Origin: Octopus sinensis
Taxonomy: Eukaryota
Length of the DNA stretch: 64,000 nucleotides
Direction: 5' to 3'
NCBI RefSeq assembly: GCF_006345805.1
Contig: NC_043000.1
Location: forward strand, 103,788,001 to 103,852,000
This document shows positions 63,837 through 64,000 of the stretch, in pieces (within the stretch, counting starts at the first letter, position 1; every line of letters starts with the position of its first letter). Below the pieces are notes generated by a model. That model saw only the letters and a program-made list of their open reading frames with translations. It did no database searches and was not told where the DNA came from. The position numbers were made by a program, and so were the translations under genes.

Positions 63837-64000
63837 TTACTGACTTAAAGAATGATGTTCAAGCTATTGGGTCTTCTCTGACATGTCATCTCTGGGATTC
63901 TTGGACCAAGTGAAAACTATTGCTATTTATATTTCAATTTTACTGTAAACTCAAACATATCCCAATTCTTTGAAGTTGTATACCTGCAACACAGCTAATA

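Overview
AT-rich animal genomic DNA. The repeat landscape (RTE, Dong/R4, Tx1 and CR1 LINEs, tRNA-derived SINEs, mariner, Tigger, abundant TA/ATT/ATG microsatellites) suggests a coleoid cephalopod such as Octopus; this is inference. One protein-coding gene spans almost the whole window on the + strand: a NIMA-related kinase, most likely NEK1. I reconstructed 36 coding exons by hand (2232..63802, 2865 nt, 954 aa plus stop). All introns are GT-AG with consistent phases. The model covers the kinase domain from helix C onward ([20 protein letters not shown]), coiled-coil segments and the conserved acidic C-terminus. The first coding exon (Gly-rich loop and catalytic Lys) was not found and presumably lies upstream of the window. 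The introns hold many mobile elements, including a 5'-truncated but nearly open RTE LINE with a PHD finger inside ORF2, a decayed Tx1-type LINE, two head-to-tail Dong/R4 fragments, a full-length decayed mariner nested in a SINE, a probable solo LTR, foldback MITEs and a rearranged composite insertion with a 14-bp flanking duplication. There are no prokaryotic features, CRISPR arrays or rRNA/tRNA genes. I found no clearly new biological system. The best leads are a CpG-rich, RFX-motif-containing intronic island next to an unannotated stop-containing 31-nt exon candidate, the PHD-containing RTE ORF2, microsatellite-targeted insertions and long intronic inverted repeats. All coordinates and comparisons were made by eye; statements about human NEK1 are from memory and need checking.
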